From Stegostoma tigrinum (taxonomy: Eukaryota): a stretch of DNA of 64,000 nt. Position numbers and translations under genes: made by a program. Positions 52,270 through 64,000 of the stretch are shown piece by piece (the stretch's first letter is position 1; the number at the start of each line of letters is the position of its first letter). The stretch lies in contig NC_081373.1 in assembly GCF_030684315.1 (NCBI RefSeq), positions 39,781,989 through 39,845,988 on the forward strand, in the 5' to 3' direction. The notes beneath the pieces were generated by a model. It searched no databases. It saw only the letters and a list, made by a program, of their open reading frames with translations, and had not been told where the DNA came from.

Positions 52270-55200
52270 TGATACAGGGCGCTATTTGAGTGAACGGGAA
52301 GGAATAGCACTGTAGTATGGTGCACGATAGTATGATTAAGTGGAAAGACCCATGAGCAAAGGTCCCAAACATTGTGTTTCCTGATTTGCGTCAAGGTTAT
52401 GGATATCTCCTCAGGAGTGGAGAGGACGTTGGAGTGGGAGGGGAAGGATCCACTTGTCATTCACATTGGTACGAGTGGCAATGATTGGATTAAAATGGAT
52501 GTTCTCCTGAAACAGTTTAAGCAGTTAGGGTCTAAATTTAAATTAAAAGTCATTGTATGAGTACTATTACCTGAGCCCCAGGCTAACTAGCTGGATGAAC
52601 AAATTTAAAGCATTAATTATGTGGCTTAACAGTTGTGTAGAGGTACAGGTTTCAGTTTATGGGGTTCTGGCACCAGTACTGGGGCAAAAGGGAACTGGTT
52701 AAAATAACAAAGCAGCAAATTGGATCATGGGGGAAAACTGGCAAAAGGGAAAAATGAGTGGCTCTTAAATGTGCATAGTATTCGATACGAAATAAATGCG
52801 TTAACAGTACAAATAGAGGTTAATTTATTTATCTAATAGCTATGATGGAGACATAGTTACAAGGAAATCAAGGGAGCTAAATATATAAAAATATGTGATA
52901 CAAAAGAACAGAAGGGAAAGGTGGAATAATGGGATAGCCTTGTTCGTACAGGATGGAATAAGTATGACAGCAAGCAATGATTTGGATCTGCAGATTGAAT
53001 CGATATGGGCAGAAATAGGAAATAGTAAGGAGATGAAGATACTTGAGGGCACACTCTACAGGCTCCCTAACAATAGCTATACTGTAGAACAGGGAATAAA
53101 TCAGGTGATATTAAGAACATGTTTAAACAAAAGTTAGTATATTAATAATGAGTGAGTTTATTCTTAATATAAATTGGGGCAAGTCAACTTTTCTGAGGTA
53201 ACTACAAGGAAGAATTCATAGAGGATATTTGGGAGCATTTCCTATTAAAAAATGTGAATCCAAACAGGGATCAAGCTGTTTTGTATCTGGCAATAATTAA
53301 TAAGACAGATTTAATAAATGATCTAAGTGTGAAAGATTCCACTTGGATATAGGTAGCATAGCAGAATTTAGCATTTGGTTTGGATTGAAAATAACTGTAC
53401 TCAACTTAAGTGAGGTAATTACATAGAAATAAGGAGCGAGTTGGCTTGAGTGGATGAGGAAAGTAGTTTAGCAGGTAAGCTGATTGGTGAACAATGGCAG
53501 ATGTTTAATAAAATTGTTTGTGACTTTCAACAAAGATTGGCGGTGGGGGGGTGGGGCGGGGGGCTGATGGCCCAGTAGTATGGCATGGCAGATGGTGGAA
53601 TTTGAATTCAATAAAAATCTGGAAATAACTATCTAATGATGATCATGAATCCATTGTTGATTGCAGGAAAATTCTATTTGGCTCACTAATGTCCTTCAGG
53701 AAAGAAAACTGCCATCCTTACCTGGTCTAGCCTACATGTGACTCCAGACCCAAAGCAAAGTGTGATTGTCTCTTAACTGCCCCCTGGGCATATAGGAATG
53801 GGTAATAAGCACTGGCCTAGCCATGGTACCCTCATCTCATGAATGGATAAAAAAAAATTCCAGTGAGGAAGGAGGATTCTAGGAAGGGGATAAACCAACA
53901 AGAGTATCAAATTGAAATGAATAGCATTACATATAGGAACATTTTAAATGCCAACAAAAGATGGCCGGAAACAGGCAGAAAATGAACTAAATGGGTAAGC
54001 TAACGAGTAAAATAAAAATTGACAGACAAGGCTTCTTTAATTATATAAAATGTGAGACTGACCCCAGAGGAATATAGATCCTTTAAAGAATGGGCCAGGG
54101 GAAAATTATTGGGGAAATCAGAAAATGGCAGAGGAGCTGAATAAATATTTCACCTCAGTCTTCACAGTAGAGGACATTAATACTGTTCCTAAAATACTAA
54201 ACAAAGTGAAAGGTGGGGAAGGTATAAATAGAATAACTGGGAAAGGTATTATGGTAACTAAAGGGGCCAAAGCCAATAAGTCCCCTGGAAACCGCTGGGT
54301 ATTTTCCAGAATCTGGCAGTAATTTTCCAAGAATCCTTAGATTCTGGAAAAGATACGGAAGATTTGAAAATTGCCAATGTATTTCCTTTATTCAAAAAGA
54401 AATAGAGAACAACAGTGGGTAATTATAGCCAGTTAGCTTATTGTGTCTCAATTTAAAATGTTAGAATCTAATGCAAAGAATATAATAGCAGAGCGTTTAA
54501 AAATGTATAATGTAATCAAGCAGAGTAAGCACGGCTTCATGAAGAAAATAATCAGACAAATTTATTAGAAATCTTTGAGGAGGTAACAAACAATATAAAT
54601 CAGGGAGAATTGGGTGATGCAATATGTTTGGATTTCCCAAAGGCAATTCTAAAGAACCGCATGTAAGGCTACTTAAGAGCCCATGGTTGGAGGGAGTCCA
54701 TTAGCATGGATAGTGGATTTTGACAATTGGAGGACAAAGAATCAGGATAAAGGACGCATTTCGAGATGGCACTTTGTAATTAAGCACCAAAGGGATCAGT
54801 GCTGGAACCACTGTTATTTAGAATATATGTAAATGATTTGGATGAGGAAGTGAATGTACTATTGCTAAGTTTGTGGATAATACAGAAATAGGTGGAAAGG
54901 CAAATGGTGAGGATGACACAAAGAGTCTGCAAAGGGATATGGACGGGTTATGTGAGTGGGCAGCAACTGACAGAATATAATGCAGAAAAATGTGAGTTGA
55001 TACACTTGGCAGGAAGAATAGAACAACTGAGCTAAAATTATATAAGGCATTAGTCATAACACACCTGGAATAGTGAACAGCTTTGGTCCCTTTATGTAAA
55101 AAAGATATACAGGAATTGGCAGCAGTCCAGAGAAGGTTCGTTAGGTTGATCTGAGACATTTTCTTGAGAGGTTGAATAGATTGGGCTTGTACTCTTTGGA

Positions 55201-55590
55201 ATTTGGAAGAATGAAAGGTGACCTTGCCGAAGCATGTAAAATTCATAGGGGGCTTGTCAGGGTAGATATGGGGAGGTTGATTTCTTTTGTGGGACAGTCT
55301 AAGAGCATATTTCAAAGTAAACAATCAGCACTTAAGGCAGAATTTGGGATAACTTCCTTATCTCAGAGCATAGTTAATTTGTAAAATTCTTTACCACAAA
55401 GACCTGAGTTGTTTATGTATTCAAGGCTGCGATGGACAGATTTGTAATCAAGAAGAAATCAAGGAATTATGGGAAAACACAGGAAAGTGGAGTGAAGACT
55501 TACCAGATCAGCCAAGATCTCATTGAATGCTGGAATAGATTCAACGGGCTGAGCGGCCTACTTATGCAACTACATCTTATGGCCTTAAGG
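52270..55590 (+). mobile_element. Decayed near-full-length CR1 LINE (ORF1 esterase, endonuclease, RT remnants)
   Basis: ORF1-like DISSGVERTLEWEGKDPLVIHIGT.ND; endonuclease-like GIALFVQ..ESIWAEI..LYRLPN; MAEELNKYFTSVFTVED; CR1 tail at ~55560. Confidence 0.8.
53540..53857 (+). mobile_element. SINE inserted in CR1
   Basis: Interrupts CR1; body gaatttgaattcaataaaaatctggaa..cactaatgtcc..ctacatgtgactccagacc; A-rich end. Confidence 0.65.
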
Positions 55591-56649
55591 AATTAACAAG
55601 AATCAGTTTAATAATTACTAAATGCAAAACAGAGTAGCAACACATGTACATGCAGAGTAGAAATCAAAGGTGGATCAAGCATGATTAAAATTATAACTAA
55701 CAGTGTTGCTGGAATGATGTGTTGAGAGGATAGTTGAGTGCTCTGGCTGTTGCAGTAGATGTCATCAGAAGATTTGACTTTGGTAGTTGAACAAGCGATT
55801 TTGAGATTCGTGGATTTAAATTGTTTGATTTCTTTTGGTCCTGATTCCTTTTGACAGTGGCTAGCTGACAACACTTATAGAGAGAGAGAGAATTTTGCTT
55901 CTTTGCTTTACCTGCAATGCAGGGGTATTTAATTGACTGGTTTCAGAGCTGTGACCTGCGCAGCATACTAATAAATGTTTGCTAGGATGTTAGGTCGCTC
56001 TCCCTCACAGCTCAGGTTTGGAGCTTGCTTTTATCCCCTGCCCCTGTTCATCCTTGAAATGGGGAAAACTCAGGCCCACATTCACGGCATTGAGTCATTG
56101 CTTATAGTTAATTAGCTTAGTGAACTGGGCCACACTGTCCATATCCCTGACACAAGAACTCCAAACCAAGCTTCTAGGCTTTTTCACAGCATATGGGCAG
56201 AGGAAATGCTTCAAGGAGATCCTCCAATCATCCTGAAAAATTGCAATGTCATCACTGATTTGTGGGATTCTTGAGCCCAAGAGAATAAAAATCATCCGCA
56301 AAGGTGCCGACCAATTTGAGTCTCTCCAACAGGCCCAGGTGGAGACCAAGTCCAAATAGCTGAAGAGGTGTGTTAAAACCTGAGCATCCTACCCACCTGC
56401 CTCTTTAGACATCACTTGCTCCATCTGTGTAGACAGTGCTGGTCCAATATCGGATTGTCCAGTCACCCCAGGAACTGCAAGTCTGGAGTGGACAAAATTC
56501 ATCCTCTATCCCAAAGAAATTGACTAGACAGAAGAGATTTTGAATCAGCAGCAGTTCCTGGAGATCACACCAGACAAATTGCTGAAGATCCATAAATATT
56601 GCCAGAATAACATTTGAAGAAGTAAACATTTTAGTATGTGTTGTTTGGA

Positions 56650-57045
56650 TAATACTTAAGAACATTATCTCTTTGTTTTCAAACCTTCCATTGCCCCTTC
56701 CTGTCCCTGCAATCTCCTGCATTCCTACATTCCTTTGAGATCTCTGCACTTCTACACGGTCCAATTTTTTTTAGCATCCACGAACTTGATAATTTCATGT
56801 TTGGAGGCCATGTTTTTAGCTACCTCAGCGCCAAATTCTCGAGTTTCCTTCCGAAGTTTGCTGTATATCTCCCGATCTCTCTTTACAGACTCTTCTGAAA
56901 CCTACTTCTTTGGCCAAGCTTTAATCACCTGGCTGGACATCTTCTTATATAGCCCAGTGTCCAATTTTTTTGGTTAATTTTCCTGTGAAGCACCTTGGAA
57001 TGCTTTACTGTGTTAAACTTACTATACAAATGCAAGTTGTTGTTG
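56650..57045 (+). mobile_element. L2 LINE 3' end
   Basis: Ends tgtgaagcaccttggaatgctttactgtgttaaa..tatacaaatgcaagttgttgttg, typical of L2 3' tails. Confidence 0.65.
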
Positions 57046-58065
57046 AATAATACCAACAACATTATATTTAAGTTCTATAAAAACTTACTAGAGCCACAAC
57101 TTTTGAACATGGTACACAGTGGAAATAACAAGGCACCCTAGAGAAGGTCAATCAAAATGATAACCAAATGTTAGCTTTCCGGGACTTGGAGGTTATTTTG
57201 TTGGAATAGTGCAAAGCTGACGGAAGTTATGATTGGAATATTTGGAGTCTGTTCTATTCGTGACTTTATTTGGCTAAATAGGAGGATAAGGTATTTGTAC
57301 GAAAGAGACTAGAAAGTTAGATATTAAGGAAAATTTGTTTTGTCAAGGGTAATTGACCTATTGAAGATGTGTGCACTGAGTATGGATTTCCTGTGGATAA
57401 ATTGCTAAGCTTGACAATACCTATGAATCTTGTGCAATTACATTTGTGGGCAAGAGGGAACTTGTTGAAATCAGTCCTAAGTTTCTCTTCTGTTCACCTT
57501 CTGGAAGAGATTGCCTGACTCCTTGTGTGTATGTCACATTGGTCATGGTCGACAAGGTGGTACAACATTTTGTTGTGGTGGATTGATCGGATCAGTTCCC
57601 CTTTTCCTGAGCTTTTTCCTAGTAACAGGCAACCATAGAAGTGGCCTGTGATTTTCAGGTTCTGACACCCCCATTTTTAATATTGAAACCACTGACTTTC
57701 AGTGCATAAGAACTTCAAAGCAAGGACTTCAAAGCCCTTCATGGTGTGAAGTAAATGAGCCATTATTTGTGCAATGCTGTTCAGCATCATGAAGCTCTTT
57801 GGGATGAAGATAATTATGTCAAGCAGCCTGATCAAACTTAATGCTACCTACAAGCTACCTGCCTACGAATTTATTTCCACAATTAGTAACATCGGAAACA
57901 AACTTCGGAGCACAGTGACCTGAGACTCAACATCCCTTTCATTAACAAGAACAGATGCGTAAGGAATGAAATTAGTTTGTGCCTGTGATGTTAAATGGGC
58001 TCATAATGGATAGAAATACATGCAGTCCTTTGTGGTCCCTGACTCTGTTACTATAACTTTGATAC

Positions 58066-58340
58066 AGGGCTCCTGTGGCACAATGGTAGTGGCCTACCTA
58101 TGAGCCGGGAGACCTGAGTTCATATCCCACTTGCTCCAGGTGTGTTACAACATCGCTGAACAGATTGATTAAAAATACCTTAAATGGGCTCATAGTGAAT
58201 TGACTGCTCCTATTATAGCATAGCCAAAGTTCTTTCCCAGGACACTTTGTATTTCTATTGGCTATCAGCCATGATTGAAGGGTGGAGCAACCCAATGGAC
58301 CAAACTGCTTAATTCTGCTCCTACATCTTACAGTCTTATG
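58066..58340 (+). mobile_element. tRNA-derived SINE with CR1-like tail
   Basis: A-box-like tggcacaatgg, B-box-like gagttcatatcc, 3' ..aattctgctcctacatcttacagtcttatg. Confidence 0.7.
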
Positions 58341-59897
58341 GCTAGGCAGCCTGTTGACTGAACCTGGCAAGCTGCTTCTGGGTGTTCATGTGAAATGGGC
58401 AGTAATATTTAAATGAGGCTAGGCTGTTACATGGAACAAGCCTCCCTGTGTACCACTTGGTTGGAACATATATGTGTTACATTAGTTGATTATCGGCTTT
58501 TAAAAATTTTTTGCTGTAAGGGAGGTCGGTGCTGTGCTAACACAAAAGCTATATTACGTTTATTGCCACTTGTTTTGATCCCAATAATTGGCTGGCTCCA
58601 TTAAGCTACTGCACATACTCACAATGTCTGAACACCTCCACCTGTGTCATGAAATGCAATCCCAAACTTTTGATGCAAATCAGAATAGAGCAGAAAAGCT
58701 CTTTTCTTTGTAACAAGAACCTTAGCAGGGCATGGCAGATACTATGCTGTATTGACTTGTTTCTCAATATAATGTTCTTGCTGTTGCAAGTTAGGACTTG
58801 TGTATTTGCTTAGTCATTGAAATATAAGCTGTTTGTTTATACAATAGGTCAAATGATGAATGTAATCTTTGGCTCCATCCAATTAATAGATTAACATTCT
58901 CTGAATCACTTGGCCTGCAACTGACATCACCCAATGGTGCAATATGTCAATGTCAAGTTATAGTTTAACTGGCAAATTTCCCATGGCATTGCTCATGGTG
59001 AGTCAGAAGTTAAATAATTTTACTGCTGTGTGGATCGAGGATGTGGACATTTTCGTTGAGCTTGAGCTCAGTTAGCCAAAGAGCTTCTTGATAATTTTAG
59101 CTCATGTTATAATTTCCAACTTCATTCAGACTTCTGTAATCTCAGCATTCAGCATTGGGTCTAGTTTCTGTCATGGCTCAACTGTTCTGACTACTTTCAA
59201 TTTCCTTATCTGCTTGTTCTGTGTAGAGTGAATAATATTCTCACACAGCCTGTTATTGTTGCAACTTCTAAACTAACATCCCAAATGCCCACCATTTGTC
59301 AAGTATCTCATCATGCCAGGAAGAAACTAAGCATGACTATGCAAGACTAGCATGCATTTTAATTTAAATCCAATTAATATTAACCTGTTGTCCCTAGTTC
59401 ACAACACAGTATCTGTATGTTATGTCAGAATAACATGAATAACACAGAATTACAAAGGCAGAGTAAAATCCAGTTTTACCACATGATATTTCATTGTTTA
59501 TCACTGCTCTGCGAATTGTATTCCACAAAATGTAAAAAGCCAAATAGAGACCTGGAGAACACACAATAAAAATTATAGATAGAAGTTAACTAACTGGGAT
59601 TTAGGGTGATTAGTAGAGGTAGGATTTTGCAGTTGAGTGACATGTCAGAAAATCCAATAGGTCCTTTAAGTATACACACTGTGCTTCAATTAGATCATGA
59701 GAATACAGCAGCAATCTTAACAATATTGGGCCTTCAGTTCCCATCTCAATTCATTGAGAAAAGAACCTGTGTCCAAAAAATTATATGGATATGTTTGTAG
59801 CCTTCCCTACTGTGAGCAAATGGAGCTATAGTACTCCTTTGGGCTCCACAATTAAATCCATTCCTGTGAATGCTTCTCCCAAACCACACTTGGCTGT

Positions 59898-62718
59898 GAT
59901 AATGGGAACTGCAGATGCTGGAGAATCCAAGGTAATAAAGTGTGAAGCTGGATGAACACAGCAGGCCAAGCAGCATCTCAGGAGCACAAAAGCTGACATT
60001 TCGGGCCTAGACCCTTCATCAGAGAGAGGGATGGGGTGAGGGTTCTGGAATAAATAGGGATAGAGGGGGAGGCAGACCAAACATGGAGAGAAAAGAAGAT
60101 AGGTGGAGAGGAGAGTATAGGTGGGGAGGTAGGGAGGGGATAGGTCAGTCCAGGGAAGACGGACAGGTCAAGGAGGTGGGATGAGGTTAGTAGGTAGGAG
60201 ATGGAGGTGCGACTTGAGGTGGAAGGAAGGGATGGGTGAGAGGAAGAACAGGTTAGGGAGGCAGAGACAGGCTGGACTGGTTTTGGGATGCAGTGGGTGG
60301 AGGGGAAGAGCTGGGCTGGTTGTGTGGTGCAGTGGGGGGAGGGGACGAACTGGGCTGGTTTTGGGATGGGGTGGGGGAAGGGGAGATTTTGAAGCTGATG
60401 AAGTCCACATTGATACCATTGGGCTACAGGGTTCCCAAGTGCAATATGAGTTGCTGTTCCTGCAACCTTCGGGTGGCATCATTGTGGCACTGAAGGAGGC
60501 CCATGATGGACATGTCATCCAAAGAATGGGAAGGGGAGTTGAAATGGTTCACGACTGGGAGGTGCAGTTGTTTAGTGCGAACCGAGCGGATGTGTTCTGC
60601 AAAGCGGTCCCCAAACCTCCGCTTGGTTTCCTCAATGTAGAGGAAGCCACACCGGCTACAATGGATACAGTATACCACATTGGCAGATGTGCAGGTGAAC
60701 CTCTGCTTAATATGGAAGGTCATCTTGGGGCCTGGGATAGGGGTGAGGGAGGAGGTGTTGTGGCAAGTGTAGCATTTCCTGCGGTTGCAGGGGAAGGTGC
60801 CGGGTGTGGTGGGTTGGAGGGCAGTGTGGAGTGAACAAGGGAGTCATGGAGAGAGTGATCTCTCCAGAAAGCAGACAAGGGTGGGGATGGAAAAATGTCT
60901 TGGGCGGTGGGGTTGGATTGTACATGGTGGAAGTGTTGGAAGATGATGCGTTGTATCTGGAGATTGGTGGGGTGGTGTGTGAGAACGAGGGGGATCCTCT
61001 TGGGGCGGTTGTGGCAGTCCCTCTTCCGCACCTACACAGGCCCCAAACCCCACCTCTTCCTCTGTTACATTGATCCCACTTCCTACAGACTAAGGGGGTG
61101 GCCATGGGCACCCGCATGGGCTCCAGCTATGCCTGCCTCTTTGTAGGTTACGTGGAACAGTCCCTCTTCCGCACCTACACAGGCCCCAAACCCCACCTCT
61201 TCCTCCGGTACATTGATGACTTATCGGCGCCGCCTCTTGCTCCCCAGAGCAGCTCGAACAGTTCATCCACTTCACCAACACCTTCCACCCCAACCTTCAG
61301 TTCACCTGGACCATCTCCAGCACATCCCTCACCTTCCTGGACCTCTCAGTCTCCATCTCAGGCAACCAGCTTGTAACTGATGTCCATTTCAAGCCCACTG
61401 ACTCCCACAGCTACCTAGAATACACCTCCTCCCACCCACCCTCCTGCAAAAATTCCATCCCCTATTCCCAATTCCTCCGCCTCCGCCGCATCTGCTCCCA
61501 CGATAAGACATTCCACTCCCGCACATCCCAGATGTCCAAGTTCTTTAAGGACCGCAACTTTCCCCCCACAGTGATCGAGAACGCCCTTGACCGCGTCTCC
61601 CGTATTTCCCGCAACACATCCCTCACACCCCGCCCCCGCCACAACCGCCCTAAGGGGATCCCCCTCATTCTCACACACCACCCTACCAACCTCTGGATAC
61701 AACGCATCATCCTCCGACACTTCCGCCATTTACAATCCGACCCCACCACCCAAGACATTTTTCCATCCCCACCCCTGTCTGCTTTCCGGAGAGACCACTC
61801 TCTCCATGACTCCCTTGTTCGCTCCACACTGCCCTCCAACCCCACCACACCCGGCACCTTCCCCTGCAACCACAGGAAATGCTACACTTGTCCCCACACC
61901 TCCTCCCTCACCCCTATCCCAGGCCCCAAGATGACATTCCACATTAAGCAGAGGTTCACCTGCACATCTGCCAATGTGGTATACTGCATCCACTGTACCC
62001 GGTGCGGCTTCCTTTACATTGGGGAAACCAAGCGGAGGCTTGGGGACCGCTTTGCAGAACACCTCCGCTCAGTTCGCAACAAACAACTGCACCTCCCAGT
62101 CGCAAACTATTTCCACTCCCCCTCCCATTCTCTAGATGACATGTCCATCATGGGACTCCTGCAGTGCCACAATGATGCCACCCGAAGGTTGCAGGAACAG
62201 CAACTCATATTCCGCCTGGGAACCCTGCAGCCTAATGGTATCAACGTGGACTTCACCAGTTTCAAAATCTCCCCTTCCCCTACTGCATCCCTAAACCAGC
62301 CCAGTTCGTCCCCTCCCCCCACTGCACCACACAACCAGCCCAGCTCTTCCCCCCCACCCACTGCATCCCAAAACCAGTCCAACCTGTCTCTGCCTCCCTA
62401 ACCGGTTCTTCCTCTCACCCATCCCTTCCTCCCACCCCAAGCCGCACCCCCATCTACCTACTAACCTCATCCCACCTCCTTGACCTGTCCATCTTCCCTG
62501 GACTGACCTATCCCCTCCCTACCTCCCCACCTATACTCTCTCCACCTATCTTCTTTACTCTCCATCTTCGGTCCGCCTCCCCCTCTCTCCCTATTTATTC
62601 CAGTTCCCTCTCTCCATCCCCCTCTCTGATGAAGGGTCTAGGCCCGAAACGTCAGCTTTTGTGCTCCTGAGATGCTGCTTGGCCTGCTGTGTTCATCCAG
62701 CCTCACATTTTATTATCT
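59898..62718. mobile_element. Neptune-like PLE: inverted 3' copy (59898-61015, minus) head-to-head with a 5'-truncated copy (61075-62718, plus)
   Basis: + copy: GVAMGTRMG.SYACLFVGY..FLRYIDD (RT; YIDD at 61209-61220), Cys linker PCNHRKCYTCPH, GIY-YIG VVYCIHC..LYIGETKR (ORF 61532-62401); ~1.08-kb inverted arms; pyrimidine-rich 3' UTR. Confidence 0.93.
62626..62653 (+). ncRNA. Minimal type I hammerhead ribozyme motif in the Neptune-like PLE 3' UTR
   Basis: CTGATGA-a-GGGT-ctag-GCCC-GAAA-CGTC: intact core boxes, 4-bp stem II, palindromic ACGT stem III; stem I only ~2 bp locally. Mirror copy at 59995-60022(-). Confidence 0.7.
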
Positions 62719-63257
62719 AGTCATATCTACTGTTAGGTCTTCCCAAGACGTATGACAAACAGACCATTGAGAAAGACTCCTCCTTATGTCCACAATGTAA
62801 CCTTCCTTTCCTACACTTATTCCAGCATTACCTTGTGCTGTCTCACTAAAGGACCACTTACAGATTTCTCATTTATTGCCTTCAATCTTACTGCTGCATG
62901 AGTACTTGTTGAGATACAACAGCTGTTCTTTGAATCTCGTGTTCTCCTGTATATCCTATCCCTGTCCACCACATACATATAGCACATGGCTTAACCTGTG
63001 TTGAAATCTACTTGTGCAATTCCTGATGGTCTACCTACATCTCATTGGAAGAATTTGTCTCGATCATGCTTAGCAAATTTTGTAGTTAATATGTTGTTCT
63101 TTGTAGCAATTTTCTTTTTAAGAGGGACAGTTTGATTTCTGCAAGTTATAGTGATGTTGAGATCTTGTAATTTGAGAAGCAATCCTATTCCAGTTCCACG
63201 CAAATTTTACACATTTTGGGATTTTGATGCAAATTAGTCTGGTAAATTATTTTTGTA

Positions 63258-63466
63258 CAGTGGGTTCCCCAACTTACAAAATCAACTTACGAATTTGAGT
63301 CATTATGATCTTAAAAGCATGTATTAATTTTAGAGATCCGACATACATTCGCTTCCTGTAATTAGAAACATAATTTGTACTGTCCTGTATTGTGCTCTGA
63401 CTTGCATACAAATCAACTTGCAAGTAGACTCAAGAACAGAACCTCTTTGCAACCAGGAACTGCCTA
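63258..63466. mobile_element. Decayed Tigger/pogo-like MITE
   Basis: TA|cagtgggttccccaacttacaaa ... tttgcaaccaggaactgccta|TA: imperfect TIRs resembling Tigger CAGGCAGTCCCCGACTTACG, flanked by TA. Confidence 0.5.
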
Positions 63467-63965
63467 TACAGTTTTTTAAAGTGTTTTTGTTCCACATCAA
63501 TCATTCTTAAGTTTAAGTTTTAACTTGAAAAGGTAACAATAATAACATATCTTTGGTAACCTGGAGTCATGGTGGTTATTGTAAGTGCAGGGACGGGGAA
63601 AACTGTTTAGATTTTGTGCTCGTGTAATAGTTGTTCAATACATTAACACAGTTTATTGTTTGGGCTAGTTGTAATTAATAATATAGTTCTTTAATAAGTT
63701 ACCCAGAAAACATAATTTCTAGTTTTTAAAGTGCCTATCGTATCTATTGCTACTTGATTTCTAATGAAATTACTTTTTAAACAAGAACGTATTGTTCAGC
63801 AATAAATGTAACATTAACCTGAAACAATGTCATTTACTTCTGCTGAGATAATAGCTGGAACGTTGTGAGAGTTACATTAAATAGTGTATATATTTTAATG
63901 TACCAGGATATTCAACAAATATTGTAACACTGTAACTTTTCTATGCATGTTCTTAATATTTTCAG

Positions 63966-64000
63966 GCTCACGTCTATTCTCTGGGGGCTACGCTAGCTGC
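63966..64000 (+). CDS. KNDC1: KNDC1 coding exon start (probable exon 4), truncated by window end
   Basis: Acceptor cttaatattttcag| at 63965, then GCT CAC GTC TAT TCT CTG GGG GCT ACG CTA = AHVYSLGATL, the expected continuation after ..GNTFE (phase 0). Confidence 0.93.

Noticed and set aside
58066-58140. tRNA gene
   Set aside because: A/B boxes are degenerate, there is no cloverleaf, and it continues into a SINE body with a LINE-like tail.
60168-62382. Many overlapping Gly/Trp/Pro-rich ORFs
   Set aside because: Alternative frames of the C-rich PLE and its inverted copy.

Overview
Eukaryotic, AT-rich, repeat-dense vertebrate genomic DNA, most likely from a cartilaginous fish (shark), inferred from HE1-type V-SINEs and the CR1/Penelope families present. 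The window lies inside one large + strand host gene, KNDC1 (very-KIND). Three coding exons of its first KIND domain are visible: 9376-9574, 20625-20683, and 63966 to the window end. They are separated by introns of about 11 kb and 43 kb. Nearly everything else is intronic transposon debris: many CR1 LINEs (one young), L2, RTE and Rex1 fragments, a decayed full-length Gypsy provirus plus a solo LTR, PIF/Harbinger remnants, SINEs, a Tigger-like MITE and a ~600-bp hexamer array. The most interesting signal is a Penelope-like element (PLE) system. Two PLE lineages (Poseidon-like and Neptune-like) occur as head-to-head inverted insertions carrying minimal hammerhead-ribozyme motifs. At least five tiny (70-220 bp) TSD-flanked derivatives of the Neptune-like 3' end, mostly palindromic, have inner breakpoints that cluster at the hammerhead and a short arm that always stops at the same site. 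A separate orphan inverted repeat with 129-bp arms and terminal octamer motifs sits just downstream of a KNDC1 exon. All calls are by eye; no searches were run.
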